A stretch of 64,000 nucleotides of DNA from Chthoniobacteraceae bacterium (GCA_037190965.1 JBBCKI010000031.1:36339-100338); one strand, 5' to 3'; shown: positions 27,094-39,649, counted from the first letter of the stretch. Translations and numbers: made by a program. The notes: generated from the sequence alone by a model not told the origin.

Positions 27094-29670
27094 TTACACC
27101 AGGCTCCCAAGCCGGACCAATCGCAACGCCGGTTCCCCGGCTTCGCGCGAGCGGGCGAGATCGACCTCGAACTCCGCCACCCAGTCGTTGGCTTCGTCAG
27201 GATCGACCAGCATCTGCTGCACGCGCCATTGCTTCCGATCTTCGGAGGGCGTCATATAAGTATGCCGCCGGTTGCGCGCCTCGGGGTCGAGGCGAATTCT
27301 GCCGTGCCCGGCAAGATATTCCTCCGTCGCCTGCCGCAGCCGTTCGACGGTCCATGGTTCCTCTTCAGAAGCGGGCTCCAGCCCCGTGAGCGCCAACTCG
27401 TAGTCGGCGTTGGCCAGCGCGCGCAGAAAGGTGAAGAGACGATTACGGATCGCGGCGGTGAACGCCTTGGCGTCGCGGGTGATGTCGCGGGCGGCCTCTT
27501 CCGCGCCGGGCGGACGAACTTCATCGGTCTCGCCGGGGCGATAGTTCGGGTCGCGCATCTTCTCCCACTCGTCGAGAAGACTGGAATCGACCTGCCGGAT
27601 CATTGTGGCGAGGTAAACCTCCATTTCGCGGATCGTCTCGTTTTTGGCCGGATCGGGAACCGTCTGCGCCAGCACTTTGTGGACGCTGGACAAGTAGCGC
27701 AAAAGAAGCCCTTCCGCGCGGTGAAGCTCATACACCTTGATGGTGTCGGCAAAAGAGCGGAACTCCTCGAACATCTCGCGAGCGATTGACTTGGGCCGGA
27801 TGTTCTCCTGCCCCACCCACGGGTGGCGGTCGGAGAACGCATTGAAAGTGGAATAGATGAACTCGCGGTGCGGCTTCGGGTATTCCAGCTTCTCGAGTTC
27901 CTCCATGCGGGCCTCGTATTCCATCCCGTCGGCCTTCATCTCCGCGAGTGCCTCGCCTTTGATCTTGTCGAGCTGCTTGCGAAGGATGGCGTCGGGGTTT
28001 TCCAGAATCGCCTCTACGAGCGTCAGCACCATGAGCGCGTAATCCGGCGCTTGCGGATCAAGCATCGGAAGCGTGTCGTGCAGGTAGAGCGAGAGCGTCT
28101 GGTTCATCGAGAACTCATCCTGCAAATCGACGTTGAGCCGGAGGCGGGAACCGTCGGCGGTCTTCGGGATGATCTCGACAATTTTTCGCTCCACCAGCCC
28201 CCGGAAAAGCTGCCACGAACGCTTGATGTGCGCCTTGCGGGCCTTCGCCGGTTCATGCGACCGGGCGATGAGCGCCTGCATGGCGCGGCGGCCGTCGCCT
28301 TTGCGGCTGAGCACGTTGAGCAACATCCCGTGCGAAACCTGGAAGCGCGAGGCGAGCCGTTCCGGCGGCGCGGCGATGAGCCGGGTAAAGGTCTGCTTGT
28401 CCCAGTTGACGAAGTTCTTCTCCGGCGGCTTCCGTTTGACGAACTTGCTCCCCTTCTTGCGTTCGAGTTGGATGTTCTCGATGACATGCTCCGGGGCCTG
28501 CGCGACCACCCAGCCCAGGTTGTCGAACCCTTTGCGCCCGGCCCGGCCGGAGATCTGGTGGAAATCCCGCGCGCTCAGGATGCCGGTTTTTTCGCCGCTG
28601 TATTTGCAAAGGCGCGTGAAAAGAACGGTGCGGATCGGCACGTTGACGCCGACGCCGAGCGTGTCGGTGCCGCAGATCACTTTCAGCAACCCCTGCTGGG
28701 CAAGCTGCTCGATCAAAATGCGGTACTTGGGGAGGAGCCCCGCGTGATGCAGGCCGATGCCGTGCCGAAGCCACTTCTTGATGTCAGGGCCGTAAGGACT
28801 GTTGAATTTGAACCCCTCCAGCGCCGCCGCAATGGCGGCTTTTTCCTCGCGGGTGGCGACGGCGAGGCTTGTGAAATCCTGCGCGCTCTGCGCCGCCTCC
28901 AATTGCGTGAAATGCACGATATAGACCGGAGCCTTTTGCTCTTCCAGCAAGGCCTCGACGGTCTGCGAGAGCGGGGTTTCCGCATAGGAAAACTCCAGCG
29001 GCACCGGCCGGTCGCGCGAGGAAATCGTGACCGTGGGCCGTTGGTTGAGCCGGGTCAGTTCCTCCTCGAAAAACGCCGTCTCCCCCAACGTGGCGGAGAT
29101 CAACAGAAAGCGGCTCTGCGGCAGGGTGAGCAGCGGCACCTGCCAGGCGACGCCCCGGTCGCGGTCGGCGTAGTAATGGAACTCGTCCATGATCACGTCG
29201 TCCACGCGAGCCTCGAGCCCTTCGCGCAGGGCGATGTTTGCAAGGATCTCTGCGGTGCAGCAAAGGATCGGCGCGTCGCGGTTCACCGTCGCGTCCCCGG
29301 TGCTCAGGCCGACATTCTCCGGGCCGAATTCCCGGCAGAGCGCGAGCCACTTTTCGTTGACCAACGCCTTGATAGGGCAGGTGTAGACCGAGCGCCGTCC
29401 CTGCGCGAGCGCCTTGAAATGGAGCGCCGCCGCCACGAGCGATTTTCCCGAACCGGTGGGCGTATTGAGGATGACGTTGTTCTCCTCGAACAACTCCAGA
29501 ATCGCGTTCTCCTGCGCGGGATAGAGCTGAAGCCGCTTGGTTTCGACGTACTCCAGGAAACGCCCCAGCAGGGCATCATTATCGGGGACGCCTTCGCCAT
29601 CCCGCCGCGCGATCAGGCTCGCGAGCGGGTAACGTCCGTCACGTTTGAAAGCATCCGTGGCATCGTCCAT
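27094..29670 (-). CDS. Ski2/HelY-like DEAD/DEAH helicase with a DUF3516-like C-terminus
   Basis: [20 protein letters not shown] and [10 protein letters not shown] motifs. Confidence 0.9.
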   Translation of the reverse strand: MDDATDAFKRDGRYPLASLIARRDGEGVPDNDALLGRFLEYVETKRLQLYPAQENAILELFEENNVILNTPTGSGKSLVAAALHFKALAQGRRSVYTCPIKALVNEKWLALCREFGPENVGLSTGDATVNRDAPILCCTAEILANIALREGLEARVDDVIMDEFHYYADRDRGVAWQVPLLTLPQSRFLLISATLGETAFFEEELTRLNQRPTVTISSRDRPVPLEFSYAETPLSQTVEALLEEQKAPVYIVHFTQLEAAQSAQDFTSLAVATREEKAAIAAALEGFKFNSPYGPDIKKWLRHGIGLHHAGLLPKYRILIEQLAQQGLLKVICGTDTLGVGVNVPIRTVLFTRLCKYSGEKTGILSARDFHQISGRAGRKGFDNLGWVVAQAPEHVIENIQLERKKGSKFVKRKPPEKNFVNWDKQTFTRLIAAPPERLASRFQVSHGMLLNVLSRKGDGRRAMQALIARSHEPAKARKAHIKRSWQLFRGLVERKIVEIIPKTADGSRLRLNVDLQDEFSMNQTLSLYLHDTLPMLDPQAPDYALMVLTLVEAILENPDAILRKQLDKIKGEALAEMKADGMEYEARMEELEKLEYPKPHREFIYSTFNAFSDRHPWVGQENIRPKSIAREMFEEFRSFADTIKVYELHRAEGLLLRYLSSVHKVLAQTVPDPAKNETIREMEVYLATMIRQVDSSLLDEWEKMRDPNYRPGETDEVRPPGAEEAARDITRDAKAFTAAIRNRLFTFLRALANADYELALTGLEPASEEEPWTVERLRQATEEYLAGHGRIRLDPEARNRRHTYMTPSEDRKQWRVQQMLVDPDEANDWVAEFEVDLARSREAGEPALRLVRLGSLV

Positions 29671-29683
29671 CCAATAATTCTCT

Positions 29684-32575
29684 CTAGAGCGGTGCGCTGT
29701 TTGCGCCCACGCGGGTGGGACGGAAGATCAGCCGAACCGCGTCAAGCCGCAACCGGGCGGAGGCCAGCGCGTCGCGCAGATCGTATAGATGCTGCTCCGC
29801 CGCTTCGATTTCCGCCTGGCGCACGTTCGGGTTGACCGCCTGCAAATCACGAAGCCGGTCGGCCTCGGCGGTAATCGCCCCGTGCATGGCAAGCAGGCTG
29901 GCGGCGACGATCTGATCGCCCTTTGCCTCGGCCAGTTTGTGGGAATGCTCCAGCAAGCGGGGCAGGAGTTTGTAGCAGAGATCCGTCTTGCCAAGCACGG
30001 CGCTGAGCGGGCCGTTCTCCAATTTCCCCAGCGGCTCCTTGAGCTCTTCAAACCGGTTGTCGATGATGACGCTCACCGGCGTGGCGGGAAGGAAACGGCT
30101 GGTGTGCAGTTCCGCTGGGGCCACGGGCTCCAGCAGGTAGAGCGCCTCCAACAGGACCGACTCCGGCCCCGGGACGGGCGTCACTGCGAGCGAAGCATTG
30201 CCGAGAGGGCTGCCAAGCAGCATCTCGAAAGCGCCGCGCACCGCCGGGTGATCCCACGTGAGGAACCCGACATCTTCGCGTGAAAGCGCCCGCTGTCGGT
30301 CGGCGGTAAGCGTGGTGCCCTCCGCCGGAATCCCGGGGAACGGCTCGCCCCCGGCGCCGGGAATAACGATCCAGGTGCGCGGGGCGATGTCCTCCACATG
30401 CACGCCATACTGGTCGAACACGCGGAGCATGAAATCATCGAGAGTGGTGTCGGCGTCGAGCGCGGTGATCTCCTTGATCATCGCCGCGGCGGCCCCGGGA
30501 CGGCTGCTGTTGAGTTCCAGCAAGCGATCCTGCCCTTCGGCAAGCCGGGCGCGAACCTCCTCGCGTGCGGCCTTCCCTTCGGCAAGCAATGTTTCGAAAC
30601 CGGCGGGAGCGGCCACCGCTTTCGCCTTGGCCTTTGGTTTTGCGGCGGTTTTGGCCTCTTTGGTGGCTTTGGCGTCTTTGGTTTTGGCCCCCTTCTTCGG
30701 CTTTGCCTCCGCAGCCCCCTCCCCTAACGCGTGGTTTCTCACCGATTCCTGGAACCGCGCGAAAAGCTCCGCGCCGCCGTGGAGGCTTTCTTCAAAAGCA
30801 TTCAATCCTTCGTGGAACCACCGCGCCAACACGCCGTAAGCGCCACACTCCACATACGGGACGTGAATCTGGATATCGGCAGTCTGACCGATGCGATCGA
30901 GCCGCCCGATCCGCTGTTCAAGCAGTTCGGGGTTCTCCGGCAGATCAAACAAAACGAGATGGTGGGCGAACTGGAAGTTGCGCCCTTCGCTGCCGATCTC
31001 GGAACAAATCAGGATCTGCGCGCCCTCTTCCTCCGCAAAATAGGCGGCGTTGCGGTCGCGCTGCAAAAGGGTGAGCCCTTCATGGAAGACAGCCGAAGGG
31101 GCGCTGGTTTTTTCGCGCAGGGCGGCTTCCACCGCCTCGGCCTTCTCGCGGGTGCGGCAGATGAGCAACACCTTCGCGCCCTTGAGCTTCTTGAGAAAAG
31201 CGACGAGCCATTCGATGCGCGGGTCGCCGTTGAGATCGACGGCTTCTCCCTGAAACTCTGCGAGCGCGGCGGCGGGCTCCCCCGCAAGCGGAATCAGTTT
31301 GGCCGAACGCTTCGGGAATCCCGTAAGCGCGGTGCGCGTGTTGCGGAACATGACGCGCCCCGTGCCGTGCTGATCGAGCAATTCCTCAAGCAGCGGTTTG
31401 GCGGCCTCGGCATCCCCTCCCTGCAGGGCTTCCACATGACGGCTGATGCGGCCGGGCATGGCGGCGAGACGGGCGACTTCCTTGACGGTAAGCTTCTTCT
31501 TGCTGATGAGCTTGCCCGCGATCTGAGCGACGGGCTGATAATCGTCGGCTTCCTTCAGGAAAGCTTCGAGGGAAGGGTAGCGATCCGGATCAAGGAGACG
31601 CAACCGGGCGAAGTGCCCTTCAGCCCCGAGTTGCTGCGGAGTCGCGGTCAAAAGCAGCAATCCCTTGGTGGCGGTGCCTAGTCGCTCCACCAGCGTGTAC
31701 TCCGGGCTGGCCTCTTCGGGAGTCCAGACGAGGTGATGCGCTTCGTCCACGACCAGCAGATCCCAGCCCGCCTCCGTCACCTGGGTGCGGCGGGCTTCGT
31801 TGCGCGCCAGCCAGCCCACGGGAGCGAGGACGAGTTGATCGTCAAGGAACGGGTTGGCCCCGGCGTTGTTCGCCTCGATCGCCACGCAGCGCTCTTCATC
31901 AAAGATGGAAAAGAGGAGGTTGAAGCGGCGCAGCAACTCCACAAACCATTGATGGATAAGCGCCTCAGGAACAAGAATGAGAATCCGGGAGGCCTTCCCC
32001 GTAAGGTGCAGGCGATGGAGGATAAGGCACGCCTCGATGGTCTTCCCAAGGCCGACTTCATCCGCCAGCAAAACGCGCGGCGCATGGCGATTGGCAACTT
32101 CATGCGCAATCGAAAGCTGATGCGGAATCAGATCGATGCGCGCCCCCGAAAAGCCGTAAGCAGGGGACTTCAGAACGCGGTGCTGGTGTTGCAGCGCTTC
32201 CATCCGCAGGTCGAAGGCCGACGAGTCGTCCACCTGCCCCACGGGAATCCGGTCGCCCGGCTTGTCGAAAGTCAGGAAGTCGCTCAGTTGCGTCTCCACA
32301 AGGCGTTCGCCCTTCGCGCCTCCATAGGTCAGCACCCCGTCGGAGCGTTCATTGACGATCTGCACCACGAAGCTTTCCCCTTCATGCGAGCGGACCGTAT
32401 CGCCGACTTTGAAACGGACCCGCCGCAATGGGGCGATCCCACCGGCGTAAAGCCGCATGGCGTTGGTGGCGGGATAGAACATCTTGACCCTGTTGTTCTC
32501 CACATCGAGCACGATGCCCAATCCCAGTTCGGGTTCCGGTTCGCTAATCCAACGCTGACCTGCTGCAAAACGCAT
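29684..32575 (-). CDS. rapA: RNA polymerase-associated protein RapA
   Basis: [42 protein letters not shown] and [12 protein letters not shown] motifs. Confidence 0.95.
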   Translation of the reverse strand: MRFAAGQRWISEPEPELGLGIVLDVENNRVKMFYPATNAMRLYAGGIAPLRRVRFKVGDTVRSHEGESFVVQIVNERSDGVLTYGGAKGERLVETQLSDFLTFDKPGDRIPVGQVDDSSAFDLRMEALQHQHRVLKSPAYGFSGARIDLIPHQLSIAHEVANRHAPRVLLADEVGLGKTIEACLILHRLHLTGKASRILILVPEALIHQWFVELLRRFNLLFSIFDEERCVAIEANNAGANPFLDDQLVLAPVGWLARNEARRTQVTEAGWDLLVVDEAHHLVWTPEEASPEYTLVERLGTATKGLLLLTATPQQLGAEGHFARLRLLDPDRYPSLEAFLKEADDYQPVAQIAGKLISKKKLTVKEVARLAAMPGRISRHVEALQGGDAEAAKPLLEELLDQHGTGRVMFRNTRTALTGFPKRSAKLIPLAGEPAAALAEFQGEAVDLNGDPRIEWLVAFLKKLKGAKVLLICRTREKAEAVEAALREKTSAPSAVFHEGLTLLQRDRNAAYFAEEEGAQILICSEIGSEGRNFQFAHHLVLFDLPENPELLEQRIGRLDRIGQTADIQIHVPYVECGAYGVLARWFHEGLNAFEESLHGGAELFARFQESVRNHALGEGAAEAKPKKGAKTKDAKATKEAKTAAKPKAKAKAVAAPAGFETLLAEGKAAREEVRARLAEGQDRLLELNSSRPGAAAAMIKEITALDADTTLDDFMLRVFDQYGVHVEDIAPRTWIVIPGAGGEPFPGIPAEGTTLTADRQRALSREDVGFLTWDHPAVRGAFEMLLGSPLGNASLAVTPVPGPESVLLEALYLLEPVAPAELHTSRFLPATPVSVIIDNRFEELKEPLGKLENGPLSAVLGKTDLCYKLLPRLLEHSHKLAEAKGDQIVAASLLAMHGAITAEADRLRDLQAVNPNVRQAEIEAAEQHLYDLRDALASARLRLDAVRLIFRPTRVGANSAPL

Positions 32576-32824
32576 GATGAAATTTACCTGAGAAAAAATA
32601 CGTCCTTCTGTGGTGTCTCCCGCCTCCCGCGAAAGACCGCATCTTTCATGCCCGGGAAACATTACGGTGAAGGAATCCCGTAAGAATCTCCAACGATCCG
32701 ACTACCGCCGAAACCTTCGACCGAACCGCACGGAAACGGATGCAAATCGATCAAAAGGTTACAAAAGGCCGGTAAGACTCTCCGAATTTGGCCCAAACGC
32801 AAGACAACAGCTGCGAATTCGGGC

Positions 32825-32862
32825 AACAAAGAACGGAGAATCGGTCACCCAATTCTCCGTTC
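32825..32862 (-). terminator. Rho-independent terminator of cysK
   Basis: GAACGGAGAATTGG-GTGA-CCGATTCTCCGTTC followed by TTTGTT. Confidence 0.65.
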
Positions 32863-32889
32863 CGTGGTGAAAATCCGGCGTCCTGCCGT

Positions 32890-33855
32890 TTATCCGCCGA
32901 CTTCGGCTTTCGCCTCCGCCGCCAGCGCGGTGGAGAGATACCGTTCGCCGGTCGAGCAGGCGACCGTGACGATCAGTTTGCCCGCATTCTCGGGCCGTTT
33001 GGCGAGCTCCACGGCGGCCCAGACATTGGCGCCGGAGGAAATTCCCGCGAGAATCCCCTCTTCCTTGGCGAGGCGGCGCGCCATGGCAAAGGCGTCGTCA
33101 TTGGAGACGGCGACGACCTCGTCAACGATCGGCATGTGAAGGTTGCCCGGGATGAAACCGGCCCCTGCTCCCTGGATCTTGTGAGGGCCGGGCTTGAGCG
33201 GCTCGCCCCTGAGGGTCTGGCCGATGACGGGAGAATCCTTCGGCTCCACGGCGACGGCCCGGAACTCGGGCTTCCGCGCTTTGATGACTTCGGCGACGCC
33301 CGTAATGGTGCCGCCCGTGCCGACGGCGGACACAAGAATATCGACCTTGCCGTCGGTGTCGTTCCAGATTTCCTCGGCCGTGGTCTTCGAGTGAATCGCC
33401 GGGTTGGCCGGGTTGTTGAACTGCTGGGGCATCCAGGCGTTGGGGGTGTTCTTGACGATCTCTTCGGCCCGCGCAATGGCTCCCTTCATTCCTTCCGTGC
33501 CGGGGGTGAGAACGAGCTTCGCGCCGAGCATCGCCAGAAGCGTGCGACGTTCCAGCGACATGGTCTCCGGCATGGTGAGGATCAGCTTATACCCGCGTGA
33601 CGCCGCCACGAAGGCAAGCGCGATGCCGGTGTTGCCGCTGGTCGGCTCGACGATGACCGTGTCCTTGTTGACGATCCCCGCGCACTCGGCAGCCTCGATC
33701 ATCGCCATGCCGATACGGTCTTTCACACTCCCGAGCGGGTTGAAAAACTCACACTTGATCGCGATGGTGGCGTTGAGGCCTTCCGAGATGCGGTTCAGTT
33801 TGACGAGCGGCGTACCGCCCACAGTTTCAACGATGTTGTTATAGAGTCTGCCCAT
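32890..33855 (-). CDS. cysK: Cysteine synthase A
   Basis: [25 protein letters not shown] and GISSGA motifs. Confidence 0.96.
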   Translation of the reverse strand: MGRLYNNIVETVGGTPLVKLNRISEGLNATIAIKCEFFNPLGSVKDRIGMAMIEAAECAGIVNKDTVIVEPTSGNTGIALAFVAASRGYKLILTMPETMSLERRTLLAMLGAKLVLTPGTEGMKGAIARAEEIVKNTPNAWMPQQFNNPANPAIHSKTTAEEIWNDTDGKVDILVSAVGTGGTITGVAEVIKARKPEFRAVAVEPKDSPVIGQTLRGEPLKPGPHKIQGAGAGFIPGNLHMPIVDEVVAVSNDDAFAMARRLAKEEGILAGISSGANVWAAVELAKRPENAGKLIVTVACSTGERYLSTALAAEAKAEVGG

Positions 33856-33992
33856 GGTAAAGTGCTCCTGTTGCTGCTTCGTGAAGGTTAAAGATTGCAG
33901 CGGGAGCCCGGTTTTACACCCACGCGCCTTTCCATTCAAGGGCGATGTCACGGTGTAGGCATTGACCAACACGAAGAACGATTTTCCGGCTT

Positions 33993-34277
33993 ATGGCGAC
34001 TCTGGTTCCAAACTCCGATATCAAAACGCTGATGAAACGGGTTCCCGAGTGGGAAACCGATCAAAAATCGATCGACCGGGTTTTCGAGTTCGACGACTTT
34101 TCACAGGCCATCGACTTCGTCAACGCCGTGGCCGAGATCGCGGAGGAGGAAGATCACCACCCGGATATCGACATCCGCTGGAACAAAGTCCGCCTCAGCC
34201 TCTCCACCCATAGCGAAGGCGGATTGACGGAGCTTGATTTCCAACTCGCCCGGAAGATTGATACGCTGGCGGAGTAA
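33993..34277 (+). CDS. Pterin-4-alpha-carbinolamine dehydratase
   Basis: AEEEDHHPDI and THSEGGLTELD motifs. Confidence 0.93.
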   Translation: MATLVPNSDIKTLMKRVPEWETDQKSIDRVFEFDDFSQAIDFVNAVAEIAEEEDHHPDIDIRWNKVRLSLSTHSEGGLTELDFQLARKIDTLAE

Positions 34278-34317
34278 ATTTCAGCCCCGGTCTCCTTTGG
34301 AGCGGTTTAAGTATTTC

Positions 34318-34446
34318 TGTAGCCATTTCTTTGCGGCGGCGTAGGCCGTTGCGCGGCCCTTCAGGCTCGGGCAGTATTGAAAATACAGCCGCTTCGCTTG
34401 AAAAACCGCGCACCGACCCACGGAGCTCGCAAAATAAACGGCTACA
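34318..34446. repeat. 129-nt imperfect hairpin with TGTAGCC/GGCTACA ends
   Basis: Nested pairings TGTAGCC/GGCTACA, TGCGCGG/CCGCGCA, TTCAGGC/GCTTGAA and GTATT/AATAC, between convergent genes. Confidence 0.6.
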
Positions 34447-34449
34447 TCT

Positions 34450-35169
34450 CTACTTAAAACGCTCCAACCAGATCGCCTGCCGACAGGGGAAAAACCGTCG
34501 CTGTCCGAAGTTGCACCACCCGGCGCGCCTGGCTAGTTGCCCGAGTTCGCCATACGAAAACGCCCGCCTCGCGGAGAGTCGGCCATCGTACTGAGTCATC
34601 GGGTCCCGATAGAGAGTGGCCGTGACCAGCCAGACGGCGACCTGCGTCAGGCGACTGCGCTCCAGGTCAGCCACGAGAACCCGCCCCTTGGGGCCGGCCA
34701 GTTCGCGGCACCGCCGCAGGATCCGCTCCGCGTCGGCTTCGCTGAAGTGATGCAGCGCAAGGGAGCAGTGCACCAAATCATAGGGTTCATCCCCTCCCGC
34801 AAAGTCGCGCGCATCGGCCTGCAAGTAGCGGATGCCGGGATCGCCGTGGCTGCGTTCGCGGGCGATCTCCAGGGTGGAGGGATGGAAATCGACCGCATCC
34901 ACCGTCAATGGCACGCCTCGGTTTCGCGCCCATTCGCGCATCAGGCGGGGAATATCGCCATACCCGGTGCATAGGTCGAGCACACGACAGGTGTCGGTAT
35001 TGATGGCACTTGGCTTGAACCAGCGATCCAGAAATGAGCGCACGATGGCATGGCTGCCAAAGTGGCGGTTGAGTCCCTCCAGATTCTCCAGATCGCGTTT
35101 CAGTTCCGGCGTCACCGGCTGGGGGCGATCCATCATTTCCGGCTCATCGGGACTCCAATCACGTTTCAT
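34450..35169 (-). CDS. Class I SAM-dependent methyltransferase
   Basis: EMMD, VLDLCTGYGD, YDLVHCSLALHHF and DGRLSARRAF motifs. Confidence 0.88.
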   Translation of the reverse strand: MKRDWSPDEPEMMDRPQPVTPELKRDLENLEGLNRHFGSHAIVRSFLDRWFKPSAINTDTCRVLDLCTGYGDIPRLMREWARNRGVPLTVDAVDFHPSTLEIARERSHGDPGIRYLQADARDFAGGDEPYDLVHCSLALHHFSEADAERILRRCRELAGPKGRVLVADLERSRLTQVAVWLVTATLYRDPMTQYDGRLSARRAFSYGELGQLARRAGWCNFGQRRFFPCRQAIWLERFK

Positions 35170-35175
35170 AGATGC

Positions 35176-35209
35176 AAAAAGGCCGCGCTTCCGAAGAAAC
35201 GCGGCCTTT
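35176..35209 (-). terminator. Rho-independent terminator of gndA
   Basis: GGCCGCGTTTC-TTCG-GAAGCGCGGCC followed by TTTTT. Confidence 0.75.
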
Positions 35210-35240
35210 GACATTAAGTCGAACTATTTCCCCGGACGAA

Positions 35241-36659
35241 CTACCCGAGCCACTCGGTGTGGAAGAATTCCCCACGCGGCTTGTCCACGCGCTCGTAGGT
35301 GTGCGCGCCGAAGAAGTCGCGCTGCGCCTGGAGCAGGTTTGCCGGGAGGCTGGCGCTCCGGTAGCTGTCGTAATAGGCGAGCGAAGCGCTGAAGGCCGGG
35401 GCGGCAACGCCCTGCTCGATCGCGGTCACGATGGCGTAACGCCAGTGATCCTGCGTCTTCACGATAATATCGCGGAAGAACGGAGCGAGCAGGAGGTTCT
35501 TGAGGCCGGGGTCCTTCTCGTAGGCTTCCTTGATGCGGTTGAGGAACTGGGCCCGGATGATGCAACCGCCGCGCCAGATGGTGGCGATGTCCCCGAAGTT
35601 GAGCGGCCAGTTGTAAAGCTCCGCCGCCGCGCCGAGCTGCACAAAACCCTGGGCGTAGCTGACGATCTTCGAAGCGTAGAGAGCGTCGCGCACGGCGGCG
35701 ATGAGCTTGGCGCGATCGCCGGTGAACGGCTTGGGCGCAGGCCCGGGCAGCACGCTGCTGGCGGCGACGCGCTCGTCCTTCATGGAGGAGATGATGCGCG
35801 CTTCCACGGCGGCGGCGATGGTGGAGAGCGGGACGCCGAGTTCCACGGCGTGGCCGACCGTCCATTTGCCGGTGCCCTTCTGGCCCGCTTTGTCGAGAAT
35901 CACGTCAACGAGCGGCTTGCCGGTCTCCGGGTCGACCTTGCTGAAGATCTTCTCCGTGATGTCGATGAGATAGCTGTTGAGTTCGCCGCCGTTCCACTCC
36001 GCGAAGATTTGGTGGAACTCCTCGGCGCTCGGGTTGATCGTCGCCTTCAGGATGGCGTAGGCCTCGCAGATCAACTGCATGTCGCCGTACTCGATGCCGT
36101 TGTGGACCATCTTGACGTAGTGACCCGCGCCGTCCGGCCCCATGTGGCGGCAGCAGGGCTCGCCGTCCACGATGGCGGCGATCTTCGTGAAGATCGGTCC
36201 CACGGCTTCCCACGACTCCTTGGAGCCGCCGGGCATGATTGACGGGCCTTTGAGCGCGCCTTCTTCGCCGCCGGAAACGCCCGCGCCGACGAAGTGAATC
36301 CCCTTGGGAGCGAGCTCCTTTTCACGCCGCTGCGTGTCGGTCCAGAGCGAGTTGCCGCCGTCGATGATGATGTCGCCCGGCTCAAGAAGCGGAACGAGCT
36401 GCGCGATCACTGCGTCCACGGGAGCGCCGGCCTTCACCATGATCATCGCCTTGCGGGGACGCTTGAGCGCCGCGACAAATTCCTGCAACGTCCGGGTGGG
36501 GACGATGTTCTTCCCCTTGGCGCGGCCTTCCGCAAATTTTTCGGTTACTTCTGTGGTGCGGTTATAGACCGCTACCGTGAATCCCTTGCTTTCCATGTTG
36601 AGAACGAGGTTCTCACCCATGACCGCAAGGCCGATCAGACCGATGTCACACGATGTCAT
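35241..36659 (-). CDS. gndA: 6-phosphogluconate dehydrogenase (NADP, decarboxylating)
   Basis: [23 protein letters not shown] and [12 protein letters not shown] motifs. Confidence 0.97.
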   Translation of the reverse strand: MTSCDIGLIGLAVMGENLVLNMESKGFTVAVYNRTTEVTEKFAEGRAKGKNIVPTRTLQEFVAALKRPRKAMIMVKAGAPVDAVIAQLVPLLEPGDIIIDGGNSLWTDTQRREKELAPKGIHFVGAGVSGGEEGALKGPSIMPGGSKESWEAVGPIFTKIAAIVDGEPCCRHMGPDGAGHYVKMVHNGIEYGDMQLICEAYAILKATINPSAEEFHQIFAEWNGGELNSYLIDITEKIFSKVDPETGKPLVDVILDKAGQKGTGKWTVGHAVELGVPLSTIAAAVEARIISSMKDERVAASSVLPGPAPKPFTGDRAKLIAAVRDALYASKIVSYAQGFVQLGAAAELYNWPLNFGDIATIWRGGCIIRAQFLNRIKEAYEKDPGLKNLLLAPFFRDIIVKTQDHWRYAIVTAIEQGVAAPAFSASLAYYDSYRSASLPANLLQAQRDFFGAHTYERVDKPRGEFFHTEWLG

Positions 36660-36761
36660 AGCTTCAGTTTTAAAGTTTTGATTTGAAGCCGGGCAGCGTA
36701 TCGGGGAAGTGTCCGGCGTGGCAATTGAGTTTTTGCCCCATAACCGATTCCCTTCAGTTCC

Positions 36762-37334
36762 ATGAATTTACCCAATCGCCTCACTGTCGCCCGCTTTTTC
36801 CTGACGCTCGGCTTCGTCGCCGCGCTCAGCGCCGAGTGGCAGTATGGGTATACCGTTGCCCTGGTGCTTTTCGTCGTCGGCACCGTGACCGACTACGCCG
36901 ACGGCGCGATCGCGCGGAAGTACGGATTGATCACCGACTTCGGCAAGCTCATGGACCCGCTGGTCGACAAGATCATGGTTTCCGGCGCGTTCATCTGCCT
37001 GATCCCGGAGATTCCCGCCTGGGCGGTGGTCGTCATCATCAGCCGCGAATTTCTCATTACCGGGCTGCGGCTCCTGGCCGCTTCCAAAGGCCTCGTGCTG
37101 CCGGCGGAGTCGATTGGCAAACACAAGACGGGATGGCAGCTCGCCACGGTGATTTTCTTCCTGACCATTCTGGCGGCCCGCGAGTTCGATGGCGTCGGGC
37201 TTCCCGGAGAGTTCCTTGAAGGTGCGCTCGACTACGGCGGAACCCTGCTGATCGCCGTGGCCCTCTCGCTGACGCTCTATTCGGGCGTTGGCTATCTTTG
37301 GAAAAACCGGGCTATTATCGATACCGCGCGATAG
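36762..37334 (+). CDS. pgsA: CDP-diacylglycerol--glycerol-3-phosphate 3-phosphatidyltransferase
   Basis: MNLPNRLT and [27 protein letters not shown] motifs. Confidence 0.93.
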   Translation: MNLPNRLTVARFFLTLGFVAALSAEWQYGYTVALVLFVVGTVTDYADGAIARKYGLITDFGKLMDPLVDKIMVSGAFICLIPEIPAWAVVVIISREFLITGLRLLAASKGLVLPAESIGKHKTGWQLATVIFFLTILAAREFDGVGLPGEFLEGALDYGGTLLIAVALSLTLYSGVGYLWKNRAIIDTAR

Positions 37335-37348
37335 CCCCGGACACGAGG

Positions 37349-38428
37349 CTACGTTGTCGTGCCGTGAAATAACTCCACTGGAAGGCAGACGTGCCGGGGC
37401 GTTTCCGTGTTTCGGCTCATAATCGCCACGGCCTCCTCGCCAATCCTTTCGAACGGCACCACAAGGCTGCTGAACCCTTTGGCCTCCGCGTTTCGCCCCG
37501 CTCCGCACGAGAGCAATCCGACGCGCTCGGGCACCGACAGCCCGGCTGAACGGAGTTTCTCCAGAAGCAGCGTGCTGACGTTGTCCTCGGGGCAAAACAG
37601 GGCGATGCGCACCGGAGATGCCGCCACCTCGGCCACCAGGGCCTGACGTTCCGCCGGGGTGGAAGCCATCCGCAGATCGCTCTGCTCCAGCGGGAAGCCG
37701 ATCTGCTGCGCTGCCGCAAAAATCGCCTCCAGAAACCGGTCGGTCGGCTCATCGCCCTCGAAGGGTCGAACGGCCAAGATTTTCTGATACCCACGCGCGG
37801 CAAGGTGCCCCAGGGCAAGAGTCGCTCCCAACCTGTCGTCGGGAAAGACACCGGAGACAAAATCGAGTGTCGAGCGCCGGTCGGTCACCACCACATTGCT
37901 CAATTGCTTGCGGAACCGGGCGATGACTTCGTCTTTCCAGAGGTGATCGAGGACAAAACCATGCAACGGCTCCGGGTGGATCTCGAAAAACTGGGTCAAC
38001 GCCTGGATCTGATCGGCGGCCGACCCGAAAGTCGGGGGTAGCGAAGTATCGGGATGACGAACCAGAAAGTCGTTGTGCGTGAGGATCATACTCCGACTGG
38101 ATCGCCCGCAGGCCGCGCTCACTCCCGCCATGATCCCCTGATAGGCGAACGCCCAAACCTGAAGCTGGCGCAGCAGGCAGACCAGCGGTTTCGGCTTTTC
38201 GAGAATCGGCTGCGCCAGGGCGGAGTAATACCGTCCCGACCCATTGCGCCAGAGCAGCCCACGGCCCGTCATCTTGCGCAAAACCCGGTGAACACTCGCG
38301 TTGGAAAGGCGGTGCTCTTCCGCCAACTGCCGAGTTGTCGGCAGCGGAGTCTCCACGCTCCATGTTTCAGAGGCGATTAGCTTCCCAAGGTCCTCTTCGA
38401 ACCGGGCAATGACGGAAATTGGTTTCAA
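37349..38428 (-). CDS. GntR-type HTH plus periplasmic-binding-fold (LacI-like) regulator
   Basis: LPTTRQLAEEHRLSNASVHRVL HTH and a C-terminal GLSVPERVGLLS sensor domain. Start is uncertain (TTG at 38428). Confidence 0.8.
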   Translation of the reverse strand: MKPISVIARFEEDLGKLIASETWSVETPLPTTRQLAEEHRLSNASVHRVLRKMTGRGLLWRNGSGRYYSALAQPILEKPKPLVCLLRQLQVWAFAYQGIMAGVSAACGRSSRSMILTHNDFLVRHPDTSLPPTFGSAADQIQALTQFFEIHPEPLHGFVLDHLWKDEVIARFRKQLSNVVVTDRRSTLDFVSGVFPDDRLGATLALGHLAARGYQKILAVRPFEGDEPTDRFLEAIFAAAQQIGFPLEQSDLRMASTPAERQALVAEVAASPVRIALFCPEDNVSTLLLEKLRSAGLSVPERVGLLSCGAGRNAEAKGFSSLVVPFERIGEEAVAIMSRNTETPRHVCLPVELFHGTTT

Positions 38429-38498
38429 ATGGGTAACGTCGAGGGCGTGGAGGCCAGCATCCTGCGCGGAATTTCGTTCGAAAGCTCGTAAAAAATCT

Positions 38499-38559
38499 TG
38501 TCTCGCACAAAATTGCGAAACACTATCACCTCTGTTCCGTAACAAAATCAATTTGTTAC
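38499..38559. promoter_or_regulatory. Two candidate operator palindromes in the divergent promoter
   Basis: TGTCTCGCA-N6-TGCGAAACA (38499-38522) and GTAACAAA-N5-TTTGTTAC (38539-38559). Confidence 0.45.
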
Positions 38560-38623
38560 ATGACGATTCGCCCTCGTTTCACTTCAAAAAATCGCCGCCA
38601 AAAAACCGGCACAAAAAAGCTGT

Positions 38624-39649
38624 ATGCAAAAGATCGCCATTGTCGGACTCGGATTCATGGGCCAAATGCACGCCCAAGTTTATACCCAACTTTGCGACGC
38701 CGAATTGACGGCGATCGTGGATGCGGACGTGGAAGGCGCAACCCGCAAAGCCAAGGACGCGGGCGTGGAAGCGCCGATATACCCGTCGTTGGAAGAGGCG
38801 TTGAACCGCCACCCCGAAATCACCGTCGTAGATATTTGCCTGCCGACCTCGCAGCACCGCGAATTTGCGTTGAAGGCAATCGGGGCGGGGAAAAATGTCT
38901 TCTGCGAAAAGCCGCTCGCGCTCAACGCGTGCGACGCCGACGAAATCGTGGAAGCGGCGCGCGCAAAAAATGTCGCGTTGCAAGTTGGACACGTGGTCCG
39001 GTTTTTCCCGGAAAGCCGGGCCTTCGCGGAATTCCTGAAATCGAACCGAGCCGGAAAACTGCTGAGCCTGAACCTGACGCGCCGCGCGGGACGCCCGGGA
39101 TACAGCAAAGACAACTGGCTGAGCGACCCGGCAAAATCGTTGGGCGCAATTTTTGACCTCCACATCCATGACACCGATTTCGTCCATCATTTGCTGGGGA
39201 CGCCCAAGGCGGTGACAAGCTATGGAACCAAAGACGCGGGAGGATGGACCCATGTTTTCACGCACTATCATTTCGATGACGTGATCGTCCGGGCCGAGGG
39301 AGGATGGAACTACCCCGTGAATTGGGGATTCCGCGCGACCTTCGAAGCGGTGTTTGAAAATGGAACCGTGGAGTACGACACCGCCGCAACGCCGACGCTC
39401 CGGCTGACCCTCGGCGATGCAGCTCCGGAACCGATGGAGTTCGAACCCTCCTCCGCCGGAAAATCGCAGGCCGAAAATGGGAACATCTCCTCGCTGGCCG
39501 GTTACTACGACGAACTGGAAGCGTTCATCGAATCGCTGGAACGCGGAGAAAAACCGGTGATCGCCACCGGAGAACAAGCGGCCCGATCCGTAAGAACCGC
39601 GCTGGCGGAAATCGAGTCCGTCGAAACCGGACGAACCATCTCCCTGTAA
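38624..39649 (+). CDS. Gfo/Idh/MocA family oxidoreductase
   Basis: IVGLGFMG, VFCEKP and DLHIHDTD motifs. Confidence 0.92.
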   Translation: MQKIAIVGLGFMGQMHAQVYTQLCDAELTAIVDADVEGATRKAKDAGVEAPIYPSLEEALNRHPEITVVDICLPTSQHREFALKAIGAGKNVFCEKPLALNACDADEIVEAARAKNVALQVGHVVRFFPESRAFAEFLKSNRAGKLLSLNLTRRAGRPGYSKDNWLSDPAKSLGAIFDLHIHDTDFVHHLLGTPKAVTSYGTKDAGGWTHVFTHYHFDDVIVRAEGGWNYPVNWGFRATFEAVFENGTVEYDTAATPTLRLTLGDAAPEPMEFEPSSAGKSQAENGNISSLAGYYDELEAFIESLERGEKPVIATGEQAARSVRTALAEIESVETGRTISL

